Positions 10,133 through 18,772 of a stretch of DNA of 64,000 nt are shown piece by piece. Where the stretch lies: contig JADGMX010000017.1 of the NCBI GenBank assembly GCA_015234525.1, forward strand, positions 7,910-71,909. The letters run 5' to 3'. The notes beneath the pieces are model-generated. The model did not search any database. It saw only the letters and a list, made by a program, of their open reading frames with translations, and was not told the origin of the DNA. Position numbers and translations under genes: made by a program. This DNA comes from Flavobacterium sp. GTDB taxonomy: Bacteria; Bacteroidota; Bacteroidia; Flavobacteriales; Flavobacteriaceae. Position 1 is the stretch's first letter. Each line of letters starts with the position of its first letter.

Positions 10133-10188
10133 TCTAAAAACCAGCGGTCGAATGTTTATCTACTAATTATATTTATTAAACGTAGCCC

Positions 10189-10220
10189 GAGAATGTTTGA
10201 ATAGTAGGGCAAACATTCTC
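10189..10220. other. Perfect 11-bp stem hairpin abutting repeat copy 3
   Basis: GAGAATGTTTG-aatagtaggg-CAAACATTCTC. Confidence 0.6.
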
Positions 10221-10225
10221 GTCAG

Positions 10226-10303
10226 GCCGCGTTAGGGATGGGAAGCGATAGCCCGATGCGACAGCAAGGCTAAAGCGGACAGCCCGGCCGAAGGCAACGC
10301 CCC
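10226..10303 (+). repeat. Intergenic GC-rich repeat (copy 3)
   Basis: GCCGCGTTAGGGATGGGAAGCGATAGCC-cgatgcgacagcaa-GGCTAAAGCGGACAGCCCGGCCGAAGGCAACGCCCC. Confidence 0.85.
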
Positions 10304-10327
10304 AATCATCAGTTGCAAGCTTTTTAG

Positions 10328-10612
10328 TTACCATATCAAATTGATCATGGTAATGATGAAGTTTGCCACCAAGCTCACGATTAAGAGGTTGTAAACTACT
10401 CTTGGTTTTTGTTGAGAAAGTACCGCTCCGTTGAAGATCATGCAACAAGCAACCACTACGAAAAGTTGCATCATTTGGCGAATGCTTGTGCCGTTCATTA
10501 GAACATACATGGCGGCAATTCCGCCGACGATTGCCTGAACCAAAACTCCGGTTGCAGTGAATCCCATTATGTTTCTTTCAAATTTTCCGTAAAATGCTTC
10601 ATATGTGCTCAT
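10328..10612 (-). CDS. Small integral membrane protein, unknown function
   Basis: 94 aa with three hydrophobic segments. It sits upstream of the Crp/Fnr regulator on the same strand. Confidence 0.5.
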   Translation of the reverse strand: MSTYEAFYGKFERNIMGFTATGVLVQAIVGGIAAMYVLMNGTSIRQMMQLFVVVACCMIFNGAVLSQQKPRVVYNLLIVSLVANFIITMINLIW

Positions 10613-10691
10613 GACGATAGGTTTTTAATTTGAAGTAAAATTACCCTCGCAAGCACTCTTGATTTTATGACTTAAATCATAATTCTAAAAA

Positions 10692-11288
10692 TTATCTAAA
10701 AATTTTACGATCGACGATTGATACCGCCTTTTTCTTTTCAAGCGATTTCACAGCTCTGATCACGGTTTCAACCCGTAAACCCGTCAGATCGGCTAGTTCT
10801 TGGCGCGTGAGTGTGATGTGATATTTTTGATGTTTGTCTAAATGCGCAACATCGTCTTTCAGAAAATCGAAAAGCCTTAGCAACCGGTGTTCGGCATCTT
10901 CAGACGAAATTTCCATGGCCATAATCGACTTGTAATAGAGCCGATCAGAAAGCCGCAAGCAAACCGAAAGCGCCACTTCATGTTCACTCTCCATCATCTG
11001 GAAAAAGTCGGCTTTCGTAAGCACCCAAACCACAGACTGCTCGGTGGCAACCGCGTTGGTGAGGTACAGTTTTTTGTTGAAAAGCGGCGGTTCGCCAAAA
11101 CTGTCGTTCTCTGTGAAAATGCCCTGAATAAATTCCTTTCCTTCGTCGTTAAAATTGTACATTTTAATCTCGCCACTGACCACCTGGAAGTAGTATTGCG
11201 CGGCGTGACCTTCGCGAAAAAGCAGATCACCTTTCGAGAATGTTTTCTTTTGTCCGTTGTATGTTTGCAGAATATTGGGGTCGATCAT
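10692..11288 (-). CDS. Crp/Fnr-family transcriptional regulator
   Basis: cNMP-binding-like fold (GDLLFREGHAAQYYFQVVSGEIKMYNFNDEGKEFIQGIF...FGEPPLF) and a C-terminal HTH (ITLTRQELADLTGLRVETVIRAVKSLE). I chose the start at MIDPNIL (11288). Alternative starts are 11336 or 11522, and the longest would overlap the divergent gene. Confidence 0.8.
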   Translation of the reverse strand: MIDPNILQTYNGQKKTFSKGDLLFREGHAAQYYFQVVSGEIKMYNFNDEGKEFIQGIFTENDSFGEPPLFNKKLYLTNAVATEQSVVWVLTKADFFQMMESEHEVALSVCLRLSDRLYYKSIMAMEISSEDAEHRLLRLFDFLKDDVAHLDKHQKYHITLTRQELADLTGLRVETVIRAVKSLEKKKAVSIVDRKIFR

Positions 11289-11383
11289 GGGGTTAATCTT
11301 TACCGACGAATTTACTTTTTTCCGCGCAAATCTCATCACGATTTTTAATTTCCAAACTTTATTTATCTTTATCAGAAAGTCGG

Positions 11384-11746
11384 ATGCAAAGTAAAGCCAC
11401 AACAGTAGACGAATATTTACAGGAAGTTCCGGATGATCGGAAAGCGGCACTGGGAAAAATCCGGCAAATTTATCTTGAAGAACTTCCGGGTTATCGCGAA
11501 CAAATGCTTTACGGCGGACCATGCTACTTGAAAGATGACGTAATCGAGATTGGATTTGCCAGCCAAAAACATTTCATCGGAATTTACATCATGAAACTTG
11601 ACGTTATGAAAAAACACGCCGAAGATCTCAAAAATTACAGCACCGGAAAAGGTTGCATCAGACTTACAAAATTGAAAGAAATCGACTTTGATCTCATCAG
11701 ACGTTTGGTGCGAACGAACTACGAGTCGGAAGACAAACCTTGCTAA
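11384..11746 (+). CDS. DUF1801 (YdhG-like) domain protein
   Basis: 120 aa. TVDEYLQEVPDDRKAALGKIRQIYLEELPGY...GFASQKHFIGIY is the typical DUF1801 pattern. Confidence 0.65.
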   Translation: MQSKATTVDEYLQEVPDDRKAALGKIRQIYLEELPGYREQMLYGGPCYLKDDVIEIGFASQKHFIGIYIMKLDVMKKHAEDLKNYSTGKGCIRLTKLKEIDFDLIRRLVRTNYESEDKPC

Positions 11747-11756
11747 ATTGAATAAA

Positions 11757-12182
11757 ATGAAATCAGTTGTAAAAAACATTTTTGCCGTTATCGCCGGTTT
11801 ACTTATTGGAAGTATCGTTAACGGCGCGATTATCATGATCAGTGGACATGTGATTCCGCCGCCCGAAGGTGAAAACCTCTTAACTGCGGAAGGACTCAAA
11901 GCATCGATGGCCATGATGCAGCCCAAACATTTTATAATGCCGTTTCTCGCTCACGCGTTGGGAACATTTGTCGGAGCATTGATCGCAACCAAAATTGCAA
12001 GTTCCCGCAAATTTACTTTTGCAATGATCATCGGCGGGTTTTTCTTTTTGGGCGGACTCGCAAATGTCCTCATGCTACCGTCGCCGTTGTGGTATACGGT
12101 TGTTGATTTGGTTTTTGCTTACTTTCCGATGAGTTACCTCGCCTATAAACTGATTACTAAAAACAATGTGCTACCGAGTTGA
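11757..12182 (+). CDS. Integral membrane protein, unknown function
   Basis: Internal ATG at 11757 gives MKSVVKNIFAVIAGLLIGSIVNG. Four predicted hydrophobic helices. Confidence 0.55.
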   Translation: MKSVVKNIFAVIAGLLIGSIVNGAIIMISGHVIPPPEGENLLTAEGLKASMAMMQPKHFIMPFLAHALGTFVGALIATKIASSRKFTFAMIIGGFFFLGGLANVLMLPSPLWYTVVDLVFAYFPMSYLAYKLITKNNVLPS

Positions 12183-12795
12183 AGTCAAAGCCGGAATTCA
12201 GGAAATTGCCAACCGGTTCAAAGCACAATTTGAGTCGATTGACAGTTTTAATTTTGATCACGAAATCAATGGTTTCGCACACGAAGCTCATCCGGTAATT
12301 ATCGACAAACAGCCCGGGATCATTGCGTCAAATTATCATTGGGGATTGATTCCGGGATGGTGCAAAGACAATTCCATCCGGAAAAACACCTTGAATGCAA
12401 AAGTTGAAACTTTAGATCAAAAGCCCTCGTTTCGCGATGTGGTTAACAATCGATGTTTGGTGATCGCGACCGGATATTACGAATGGCGATGGAATGACGA
12501 AAAAGGAAAATCGAAGCAAAAGTTCGTGATCCACTCTGCCGAAGACGAGATTTTTACGTTCGCCGGAATTTACTCGGTTTGGCGCTCACCGGAGAATGGC
12601 GAGACCGTCAATACCTTTTCGATTGTGACCACCGGGGCCAATCAAAAGATGGCGTATATTCACAACACTAAAAAACGGATGCCGATTATGCTTAAGAGCC
12701 GAGACGAACAGGATTGGCTAAACGGAACCCTTAAACCCGAAGATGTTGCGTTTCCGAACTACAACGTCGAACTGATCGCATTCACCAGCGACTAA
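12166..12795 (+). CDS. SOS-response-associated peptidase (SRAP/YedK family), abasic-site processing protein
   Basis: Begins MCYR (family-defining Cys2). Also HWGLIPGW and YYEW...FTFAGIY...FSIVTT...HNTKKRMP motifs. Confidence 0.85.
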   Translation: MCYRVEVKAGIQEIANRFKAQFESIDSFNFDHEINGFAHEAHPVIIDKQPGIIASNYHWGLIPGWCKDNSIRKNTLNAKVETLDQKPSFRDVVNNRCLVIATGYYEWRWNDEKGKSKQKFVIHSAEDEIFTFAGIYSVWRSPENGETVNTFSIVTTGANQKMAYIHNTKKRMPIMLKSRDEQDWLNGTLKPEDVAFPNYNVELIAFTSD

Positions 12796-12834
12796 ACTGG
12801 CGCAATAGTTGCAAAGCGGTCAAAACTTTTAGCT

Positions 12835-13191
12835 ATGAAAAATTACTTCTTTCTTATCGCGCTCATTTTTTCGGCCACCAGCTTGGGACAAAAAGTTGAC
12901 GTTCGCGGAAAAGTCACCGATCAAAATAATGGCGCCTTTATAATCGAAATCGTCGTCAACGAGGCACTCGCAAAGGTAATTACCGACCCAAAACAAGGTC
13001 GCACGAAATATATCAGATTATATCAAAACCCAAATTTTGTCGTCAGAACGGATAGCACCGGACTTTTCAAAATCCGCGCTCGCGAGACCGACACCTTGTA
13101 TTTCAAATCATACGGACATAAAGTTCAGAAACACCGCGTTTCAGACTTGATTGCCCGGCCTGAAATCGAGATCACACTCGACCGCGACTAA
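12835..13191 (+). CDS. Hypothetical secreted protein (carboxypeptidase-regulatory-like N-terminus)
   Basis: Signal peptide MKNYFFLIALIFSATSLGQ, then VDVRGKVTDQNNG. Confidence 0.5.
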   Translation: MKNYFFLIALIFSATSLGQKVDVRGKVTDQNNGAFIIEIVVNEALAKVITDPKQGRTKYIRLYQNPNFVVRTDSTGLFKIRARETDTLYFKSYGHKVQKHRVSDLIARPEIEITLDRD

Positions 13192-13760
13192 CGCACCAAC
13201 AAATCATACTTTTTCAGAAGTCCGCTTAGTCCATCTTTAGAAAAAACAGCACGCTTGAGTTTTGTGCTTTCGGGATCGATCGAAAAATTATAACTCGTCG
13301 AAAAATCAGCTTTGTTTGCAATTGCCTGCTGAAAAACGCTTTGATGAAGATCGCAGTTATCAAAAGTGGCTTCAGAAAGATCCGACTTCATAAAATCGGC
13401 TGCCACAATACTACAATCAGAAAATGTGGTTCCCTTTAATTTGAGGGTGTAAAACTTCGCATAATCGAGTTTGCACTTTGTAAACGAAACGCCAAAAAGC
13501 AGTGTATCAACCATTGCAAAATTAACCGCTACAAAATTACAACCTATAAAAATCACGTCGCGCAAAGCCACATAATTAATGGGAGCACGCTCAAAATTGC
13601 AATCCACAAAAGTGCAATCAATAAAAGCAGTTCCAGAGAAATCAGCCGACGTAAAATCGCAGTTCGAAAACTTACAACGCTCGAAATCCTTATAAATTAA
13701 GGCTCTTTGATCAAAATTCTGATTCTCAAAAACCTGATCGATAATATAATTTGCAGACAT
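13188..13760 (-). CDS. Pentapeptide-repeat protein
   Basis: 190 aa. Tandem A(D/N)LxX-type pentapeptides throughout (FSNCDFTSADFSGTAFIDCTFVDCNFERA...). Confidence 0.85.
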   Translation of the reverse strand: MSANYIIDQVFENQNFDQRALIYKDFERCKFSNCDFTSADFSGTAFIDCTFVDCNFERAPINYVALRDVIFIGCNFVAVNFAMVDTLLFGVSFTKCKLDYAKFYTLKLKGTTFSDCSIVAADFMKSDLSEATFDNCDLHQSVFQQAIANKADFSTSYNFSIDPESTKLKRAVFSKDGLSGLLKKYDLLVR

Positions 13761-13805
13761 AAGATAATTTAGCCCGCAAAGGTATCGCTTTGAAAATTGG
13801 AAAAC

Positions 13806-14174
13806 TCAGGATTTTTTGGTCGACGCACCGACCGTCAAATAAATATGATTATTCGGATATAGGAATTCGATTTTGGTCTGCTCCGAATTGATTTTCATTT
13901 CCACCAATCCATCCGCGCCTTTCAGCAAATAAAATGTATAATTCGGATCCGGCTTCGTTTCCAAAATCTGATACTTGAGTTTCATGCTCGTAAAAAAGAA
14001 AACAACTTCATTTTTTGCCGAGTCGAGAAAGACAAACGAGTATTCATTTCCCTTGATATCACACGCTCCCTTGGCAAACGGCTTCTCATCAACACAATAT
14101 TCCTGGACATTAAAAACCCGAGTCTGCCCCGTTACATTCGCTGCAAAAAACAGCAAAATCATCAAATATTTCAT
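13806..14174 (-). CDS. Hypothetical secreted protein
   Basis: 122 aa with signal peptide MKYLMILLFFAANVTGQ. Confidence 0.5.
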   Translation of the reverse strand: MKYLMILLFFAANVTGQTRVFNVQEYCVDEKPFAKGACDIKGNEYSFVFLDSAKNEVVFFFTSMKLKYQILETKPDPNYTFYLLKGADGLVEMKINSEQTKIEFLYPNNHIYLTVGASTKKS

Positions 14175-14225
14175 AGCGCTTCATTTAGTTTCGCGCGGCG
14201 TTACAAAACATGAGCCATTTTTTTT

Positions 14226-14289
14226 GGGCGCCTTCGAAGAACCGGGTGCTCCGCAGTGCACGGCACTTTGCTCCGCCCCCTGGCGCGGG
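14226..14289 (-). repeat. Intergenic GC-rich repeat, short variant (copy 4)
   Basis: GGGCGCCTTCGAAGAACCGGGTGCTCCGC-AGTGCacgGCACT-TTGCTCCGCCCCCTGGCGCGGG. It shares an identical 25-mer (14250-14274) with copy 1 (6380-6404). Confidence 0.8.
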
Positions 14290-14318
14290 TGTTGGTTGGT
14301 TCGTTTACTGATTGTGAT

Positions 14319-15098
14319 CTATTTAATATCCGCGATTTCAATCCAAACCGGGCAGTGATCACTCGTTTTTTCCCAACCTCGAACTTCACGATCAACACCA
14401 CCATCTTTCAACCGATCCTTTAAATGCGGACTCAACAAAAAATGATCGATTCGAAGTCCGGCATCGCGTTGATAGGCATTTCGGAAGTAGTCGTAAAAGG
14501 TGTAAATAATTTTATCTGGAAACAGCGTTCGGATGGCATCAGTCCAACCTTGTGCAATCAACTCATGAAATGCAGCTCTGATTTCCGGTCTGAAAAGCGC
14601 GTCTTTGTGCCAACGCTCGGGTTTGTAAACATCGAGTTCGGTGGGCATCACATTAAAATCGCCTATCAGAATTACTGGAATATCGAAATTTACAAGGGTT
14701 TTGGCACGTTGCTGCAAGCGATCAAACCATTTCAATTTATAGTCGAATTTGGGACCTGGCGCCGGATTTCCGTTTGGAAGATAAAGACAACAAATTAAAA
14801 TTCCATCGACCATGGCTTCAATATACCGACTTTGAACATCGTCAGCATCACCGGGAAGTGCGCGCCCAATTTCTTGAACATTTCCGGTTTTTGATAAAAT
14901 TGCAACGCCATTCCACGATTTCTGTCCATGCCAAATCGAGTGATAACCCGCCTTTTGAATTTCATCACGCGGAAATTTTTCATTTGGCGCCTTTAATTCC
15001 TGTAAGCAAACAATATCGGGCGACTCCTTTTCGAGCCACCGAAGCAAAACCGGTAATCGTCCGTTTACGCCATTAACATTATATGTTGCGATCTTCAT
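14319..15098 (-). CDS. xth: Exodeoxyribonuclease III (AP endonuclease)
   Basis: MKIATYNVNGVNGRL...PDIVCLQELKA...GDFNV...SDHCPVWIEI are canonical Xth/EEP motifs. Confidence 0.92.
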   Translation of the reverse strand: MKIATYNVNGVNGRLPVLLRWLEKESPDIVCLQELKAPNEKFPRDEIQKAGYHSIWHGQKSWNGVAILSKTGNVQEIGRALPGDADDVQSRYIEAMVDGILICCLYLPNGNPAPGPKFDYKLKWFDRLQQRAKTLVNFDIPVILIGDFNVMPTELDVYKPERWHKDALFRPEIRAAFHELIAQGWTDAIRTLFPDKIIYTFYDYFRNAYQRDAGLRIDHFLLSPHLKDRLKDGGVDREVRGWEKTSDHCPVWIEIADIK

Positions 15099-15496
15099 CA
15101 GCTAAATGCTTGAAAGGTTTTCCAATCAATTTTCAATACTTGCTCAAGTGCCGAACGATAATCCGACATCACATCAGGTTTTTTCATCAAGTAACTTGCT
15201 CCGGCCTCGAGATAGGTTCGCACCAACGACTTCGGACTAAAGCCTGAAATCATCACCACCGGAATATCAGCTAATAGCGGATTTTTCTTGATGATATGCA
15301 GAATCTCCTCGCCATTAAAAACAGGCATCCGAATATCCAAAAAGATGATATCGGGCAAATCCGTACCATTGAGCGCACGCAACATTTCATTGCCGTTTAC
15401 AAAAATGGTAACCGAATGTCCGATGCTTTCCGCAGCCTCCTTAAACAGATACAAATCGTCTAAATCGTCATCGAGGTAAAATATTTTCTTCGACAT
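15098..15496 (-). CDS. Stand-alone response-regulator receiver protein (REC-1)
   Basis: FYLDDDLDD acidic pocket, FLDIRMP phospho-acceptor Asp, MKKP Lys, C-terminal IDW motif. Its stop TGA shares one base with the xth ATG (TGATG). Confidence 0.88.
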   Translation of the reverse strand: MSKKIFYLDDDLDDLYLFKEAAESIGHSVTIFVNGNEMLRALNGTDLPDIIFLDIRMPVFNGEEILHIIKKNPLLADIPVVMISGFSPKSLVRTYLEAGASYLMKKPDVMSDYRSALEQVLKIDWKTFQAFS

Positions 15497-15668
15497 TTTA
15501 ATTGAAAAATTATGGCAAGAGTGAAATTAAACAACAAATCCCGAGCAAGATTACAACTTTTAAACAATCGATTACATAATTAAAAGACGCGACAGTATTA
15601 GAGCTTATAACTGAATAATCTTACGAAATTTAATTTCTCTATCTTTACTGTAGACCAAACAAATTTAT

Positions 15669-16733
15669 ATGTTGCTCAGCAAAGTAATGCTTTACTTTTT
15701 TTCGGCTCTTATCATACTTTCGGTATTGTTGCCACTGATTAAGAAAGATCACTGGACGTTCCGGGTGTTTGACTACCCGCGACTCCAGAAAATGACTCTC
15801 ATCGCAATTCTATTGGGTGTTTGGCTGATATTCTTCCGCGACACCGAGCTGTGGATCGATTGGATGATCATGGGTTTGCTTTTCTGTCAGGCGGCTTTTC
15901 TATTTTATGTGATAATTCCCTACACGCCGCTGTCAAAGCCAATGATCAAACGTGTGAAAGATTCGGGGCAGCCTAAACTTACCGTTCTCGTGGCAAATGT
16001 CTATCAGATGAATCAACATTACGATAAACTTCTGAAACTGGTTGAACGTCGCAATCCCGATGTCGTCTTTTTATTGGAAACCGACCAGAAATGGCAAAAC
16101 GGCGTTCAAAAAATAAAAGATAATTATCCGCATTCTATCGAGGTTCCAAAAGACAACACTTACGGATTGCTTTTTTACAGCAGGTTGCCACTGTCCGAGT
16201 CGCAGGTAAACTATCTGATCGATGAGGAAGTTCCGTCTATCATTGCTGATGTGAATTTTGAGGGCCAGACAATCCGAATTTACGGCCTTCATCCGACGCC
16301 GCCGGTTCCGCAGGAAAATGAACACAGCACCGACCGCGATGCCGAAATTCTGCTGATCGGGAAAGAAGCAAAAAAACATGAAGGTCCGTGTTTGGTTATC
16401 GGAGATTTGAATGATGTGGCGTGGAGTTACTCAACAAAATTATTTTTGAAATCGAGCGAACTTTTGGATCCGCGTCGAGGCCGTGGAATTTATAGCACGT
16501 TCAATGCAAATTATTGGCTTTTGAGATGGCCGCTCGATCATTTCTTTTTAAGTAGTCATTTTAGATTGATTGATATGCGAGTTGAAAATCATATTGGTTC
16601 AGACCACTTTCCGATAAGCATCAGCGTATGTGTAAGATCGGAAGAGGAAAGTGAAAAACTAACTGCCGACAGTGAAGAAAAAGAATTGGTTGAGAAAAAA
16701 ATCCAGGCCGGAATTAATGATGATCCGCGGTGA
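15669..16733 (+). CDS. Membrane-anchored endonuclease/exonuclease/phosphatase (EEP) family protein
   Basis: Three N-terminal hydrophobic helices, then an EEP fold (VLVANV...PDVVFLLE...GDLNDV...SDHFPI). Confidence 0.8.
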   Translation: MLLSKVMLYFFSALIILSVLLPLIKKDHWTFRVFDYPRLQKMTLIAILLGVWLIFFRDTELWIDWMIMGLLFCQAAFLFYVIIPYTPLSKPMIKRVKDSGQPKLTVLVANVYQMNQHYDKLLKLVERRNPDVVFLLETDQKWQNGVQKIKDNYPHSIEVPKDNTYGLLFYSRLPLSESQVNYLIDEEVPSIIADVNFEGQTIRIYGLHPTPPVPQENEHSTDRDAEILLIGKEAKKHEGPCLVIGDLNDVAWSYSTKLFLKSSELLDPRRGRGIYSTFNANYWLLRWPLDHFFLSSHFRLIDMRVENHIGSDHFPISISVCVRSEEESEKLTADSEEKELVEKKIQAGINDDPR

Positions 16734-16787
16734 TGAAATAGAATCCGATTTTGACCGTTCAAATTAAATAGAATAAGGAGAGATAAA

Positions 16788-17243
16788 ATGCACCTGATAA
16801 AAAAGATTAAATCGTACTTCAAAAAATATGAATGGCATTCCTGGAAAGATTTCGACAGCAGCGAATACGATATTAAATTCACAAAATTAGATTCAGAGAT
16901 TACCCTCGATATTGTAAAATTTATTCAACAAAACCTTACAGAATCAGACGAAATCGGCAATAAGCGCCGTCGGTTACATCAGGATAAATCAATTAAATGT
17001 GACTCCCTCGACGAAGTAATGTCGATTGTGACCAGAATCATCGAAGCGGATCATATTGAAACTTCAGCTGAAAGCAAACTTTATAATTGGCAGTTTCAGT
17101 ATGTTGTGGGCGAACATCAGTCGTGCTCGCAAACCATCTGCATTTCGAACGTACTTACTTCAAAAACCGGAAATTGTATTTACGCGATTGCTTCAATTCG
17201 CAAGCATCACTCTGGAATTTACCTTTGGAATCATTTAGGTTAA
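16788..17243 (+). CDS. Hypothetical protein
   Basis: 151-aa ORF with an unusual AGGAG-like sequence 8 nt upstream. No recognised domain. Confidence 0.45.
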   Translation: MHLIKKIKSYFKKYEWHSWKDFDSSEYDIKFTKLDSEITLDIVKFIQQNLTESDEIGNKRRRLHQDKSIKCDSLDEVMSIVTRIIEADHIETSAESKLYNWQFQYVVGEHQSCSQTICISNVLTSKTGNCIYAIASIRKHHSGIYLWNHLG

Positions 17244-17309
17244 GAAAAATTTTAACCGAAATTCTGCAGGAGCGAAGTATATTGTTTATTTTTATACAAA
17301 TGTTTGGTG

Positions 17310-17747
17310 ATGATGACTGAGTTGAGAACAATATTTTATGTCGATGACGATCCGGACGATCTTGATTTCTTTCAGGAAGCCGTTGATGCGACCGGTCAGC
17401 ACGTGACCTTATTCCAACTTGGCGACCAAATGATCCACGCCCTGAAAAATCCACCGCCGGATCCTTCGCTGATTTTCGTCGATTTAAATATGCCCGGAAA
17501 AACCGGACTCGACATCATCGCTGAGATCAAATCGTCTAACGCGTTGTGCAATCTTCCGATTATCATACTTTCAACAGCCAGCGATAGCAAAACCATCGAC
17601 GACTGTAAAGCCGCGGGAGCGAATTTTTATATCAAAAAAGCGAATTCGGTTGCAGAACTCCGCAAATCTATCGAATATGTCTTGAGCTTCGACTGGATCA
17701 ATTCCTTTCCGCCCTCGTCATTGTATGTCTACAACCCTCAAAAGTAA
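17310..17747 (+). CDS. Stand-alone response-regulator receiver protein (REC-2)
   Basis: FYVDDDPDD, FVDLNMPGKTG, YIKKA, C-terminal SFDW. ATG at 17310 is preferred over TTG at 17304. Confidence 0.88.
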   Translation: MMTELRTIFYVDDDPDDLDFFQEAVDATGQHVTLFQLGDQMIHALKNPPPDPSLIFVDLNMPGKTGLDIIAEIKSSNALCNLPIIILSTASDSKTIDDCKAAGANFYIKKANSVAELRKSIEYVLSFDWINSFPPSSLYVYNPQK

Positions 17748-18034
17748 GATCGCAATCGGTGTCGGCCTGCAATATCCATTTTTTGGTTGAGCATTTCAAT
17801 GTAATTATGCTCCATCTTATTTCCGAAAATGTCAATAACCACAGCATTTTGATTGAGATACTCAGCTAAAAGGTCGAAACAACTTTCAATCGACTCTGCC
17901 TCGAAACGATGAAAAACCCGCAATTTATAATCGGCTAATCTTGCGACCCATTTATCCTCAACATATTCCCCGTAGAAGAAATTCCAGGTATGGTCTATTC
18001 CTTCACTTTCTACTTCCATTGTAATATAGCCCAT
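17738..18034 (-). CDS. Hypothetical protein (98 aa)
   Basis: ORF only. It overlaps the REC-2 3' end convergently by 10 nt. Confidence 0.4.
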   Translation of the reverse strand: MGYITMEVESEGIDHTWNFFYGEYVEDKWVARLADYKLRVFHRFEAESIESCFDLLAEYLNQNAVVIDIFGNKMEHNYIEMLNQKMDIAGRHRLRSYF

Positions 18035-18213
18035 AGCAATTCTTTTTTTACTTAAAATTAGAACCTTGCGTGTGCTATTCCGTTATAAAATCTATCGCAC
18101 AGTTTACACAGTTTACGCCTTAATTTTAACAAACGTCTGTAATTCATCGAGTTTTTGACTTGATTTTTGAAAGCCCGAAAAATTTTGACTAAAATTGAGT
18201 AAACTAACAACCA

Positions 18214-18654
18214 ATGTTTACTCAGCCTAATAATCAGCAAAATATCTTTTACATTGATGATGATCCGGACGACTTGTGGTTATTTAAGGAAGCTGCGAAA
18301 TCGCTTGGAAAGAGTGTTACTGCGTTTCGGCAGAGTGAACAATTGTTAAACGCAATGCTGAGTCCACCGCCAACGCCGTCAGTTGTATTCGTGGATTTAA
18401 ACATGGGAGATCGAAGCGGTTTTGAGGTTGTGGAAGATATCCGACAGCATCAAAAGCTACTTTCACTTCCATTAGTGATATACTCGACATCCGACAATCG
18501 AAAGACAATCGAGACCTGTCGCAAGTTAGGTACGGCACTTTATGTCATCAAACCGGCAAAAATGAAAGCCATATCTAAAGTGATTCAACATGTTACCAGC
18601 ATCGACTGGAACAATCACCAGATAACCGACGAGAATTTTGTGATTAAAATCTAA
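18214..18654 (+). CDS. Stand-alone response-regulator receiver protein (REC-3)
   Basis: FYIDDDPDD, FVDLNMGDRSG, YVIKPA, C-terminal SIDW. Confidence 0.88.
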   Translation: MFTQPNNQQNIFYIDDDPDDLWLFKEAAKSLGKSVTAFRQSEQLLNAMLSPPPTPSVVFVDLNMGDRSGFEVVEDIRQHQKLLSLPLVIYSTSDNRKTIETCRKLGTALYVIKPAKMKAISKVIQHVTSIDWNNHQITDENFVIKI

Positions 18655-18666
18655 AGAATGAATACA

Positions 18667-18692
18667 AAAAAACCCATCATTTCTGATGGGTT
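18667..18692 (-). terminator. Intrinsic terminator downstream of tRNA-Met
   Basis: The minus strand reads ACCCATCA-gaaa-TGATGGGT followed by a T-run. Confidence 0.7.
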
Positions 18693-18699
18693 GACTTAG

Positions 18700-18772
18700 T
18701 AGCGGGAACAGGACTCGAACCTGTGACCTTCGGGTTATGAGCCCGACGAGCTGCCTACTGCTCTATCCCGCG
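18700..18772 (-). tRNA. tRNA-Met (CAT), initiator type
   Basis: Minus strand reads CGCGGGATAGAGCAGTAGGCAGCTCGTCGGGCTCATAACCCGAAGGTCACAGGTTCGAGTCCTGTTCCCGCTA. The anticodon arm TCGGG-CTCATAA-CCCGA matches my recollection of E. coli tRNA-fMet. It has three G:C pairs next to the loop and an unpaired 1:72 position (C opposite T). CCA is not encoded. Confidence 0.9.

Noticed and set aside
10692-11522. Long N-terminal extensions offered by the ORF track (Crp/Fnr 11522, tamB-like 20725, gldK 48084, HMA 60587, S41 5433, DAGK 38895, miaB 52225, YegP 4678)
   Set aside because: The extensions lack similarity to the family N-termini, overlap divergent neighbours or upstream genes, or precede an obvious signal peptide or lipobox beginning at an internal Met. 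Internal starts were used, with lower certainty on exact coordinates.
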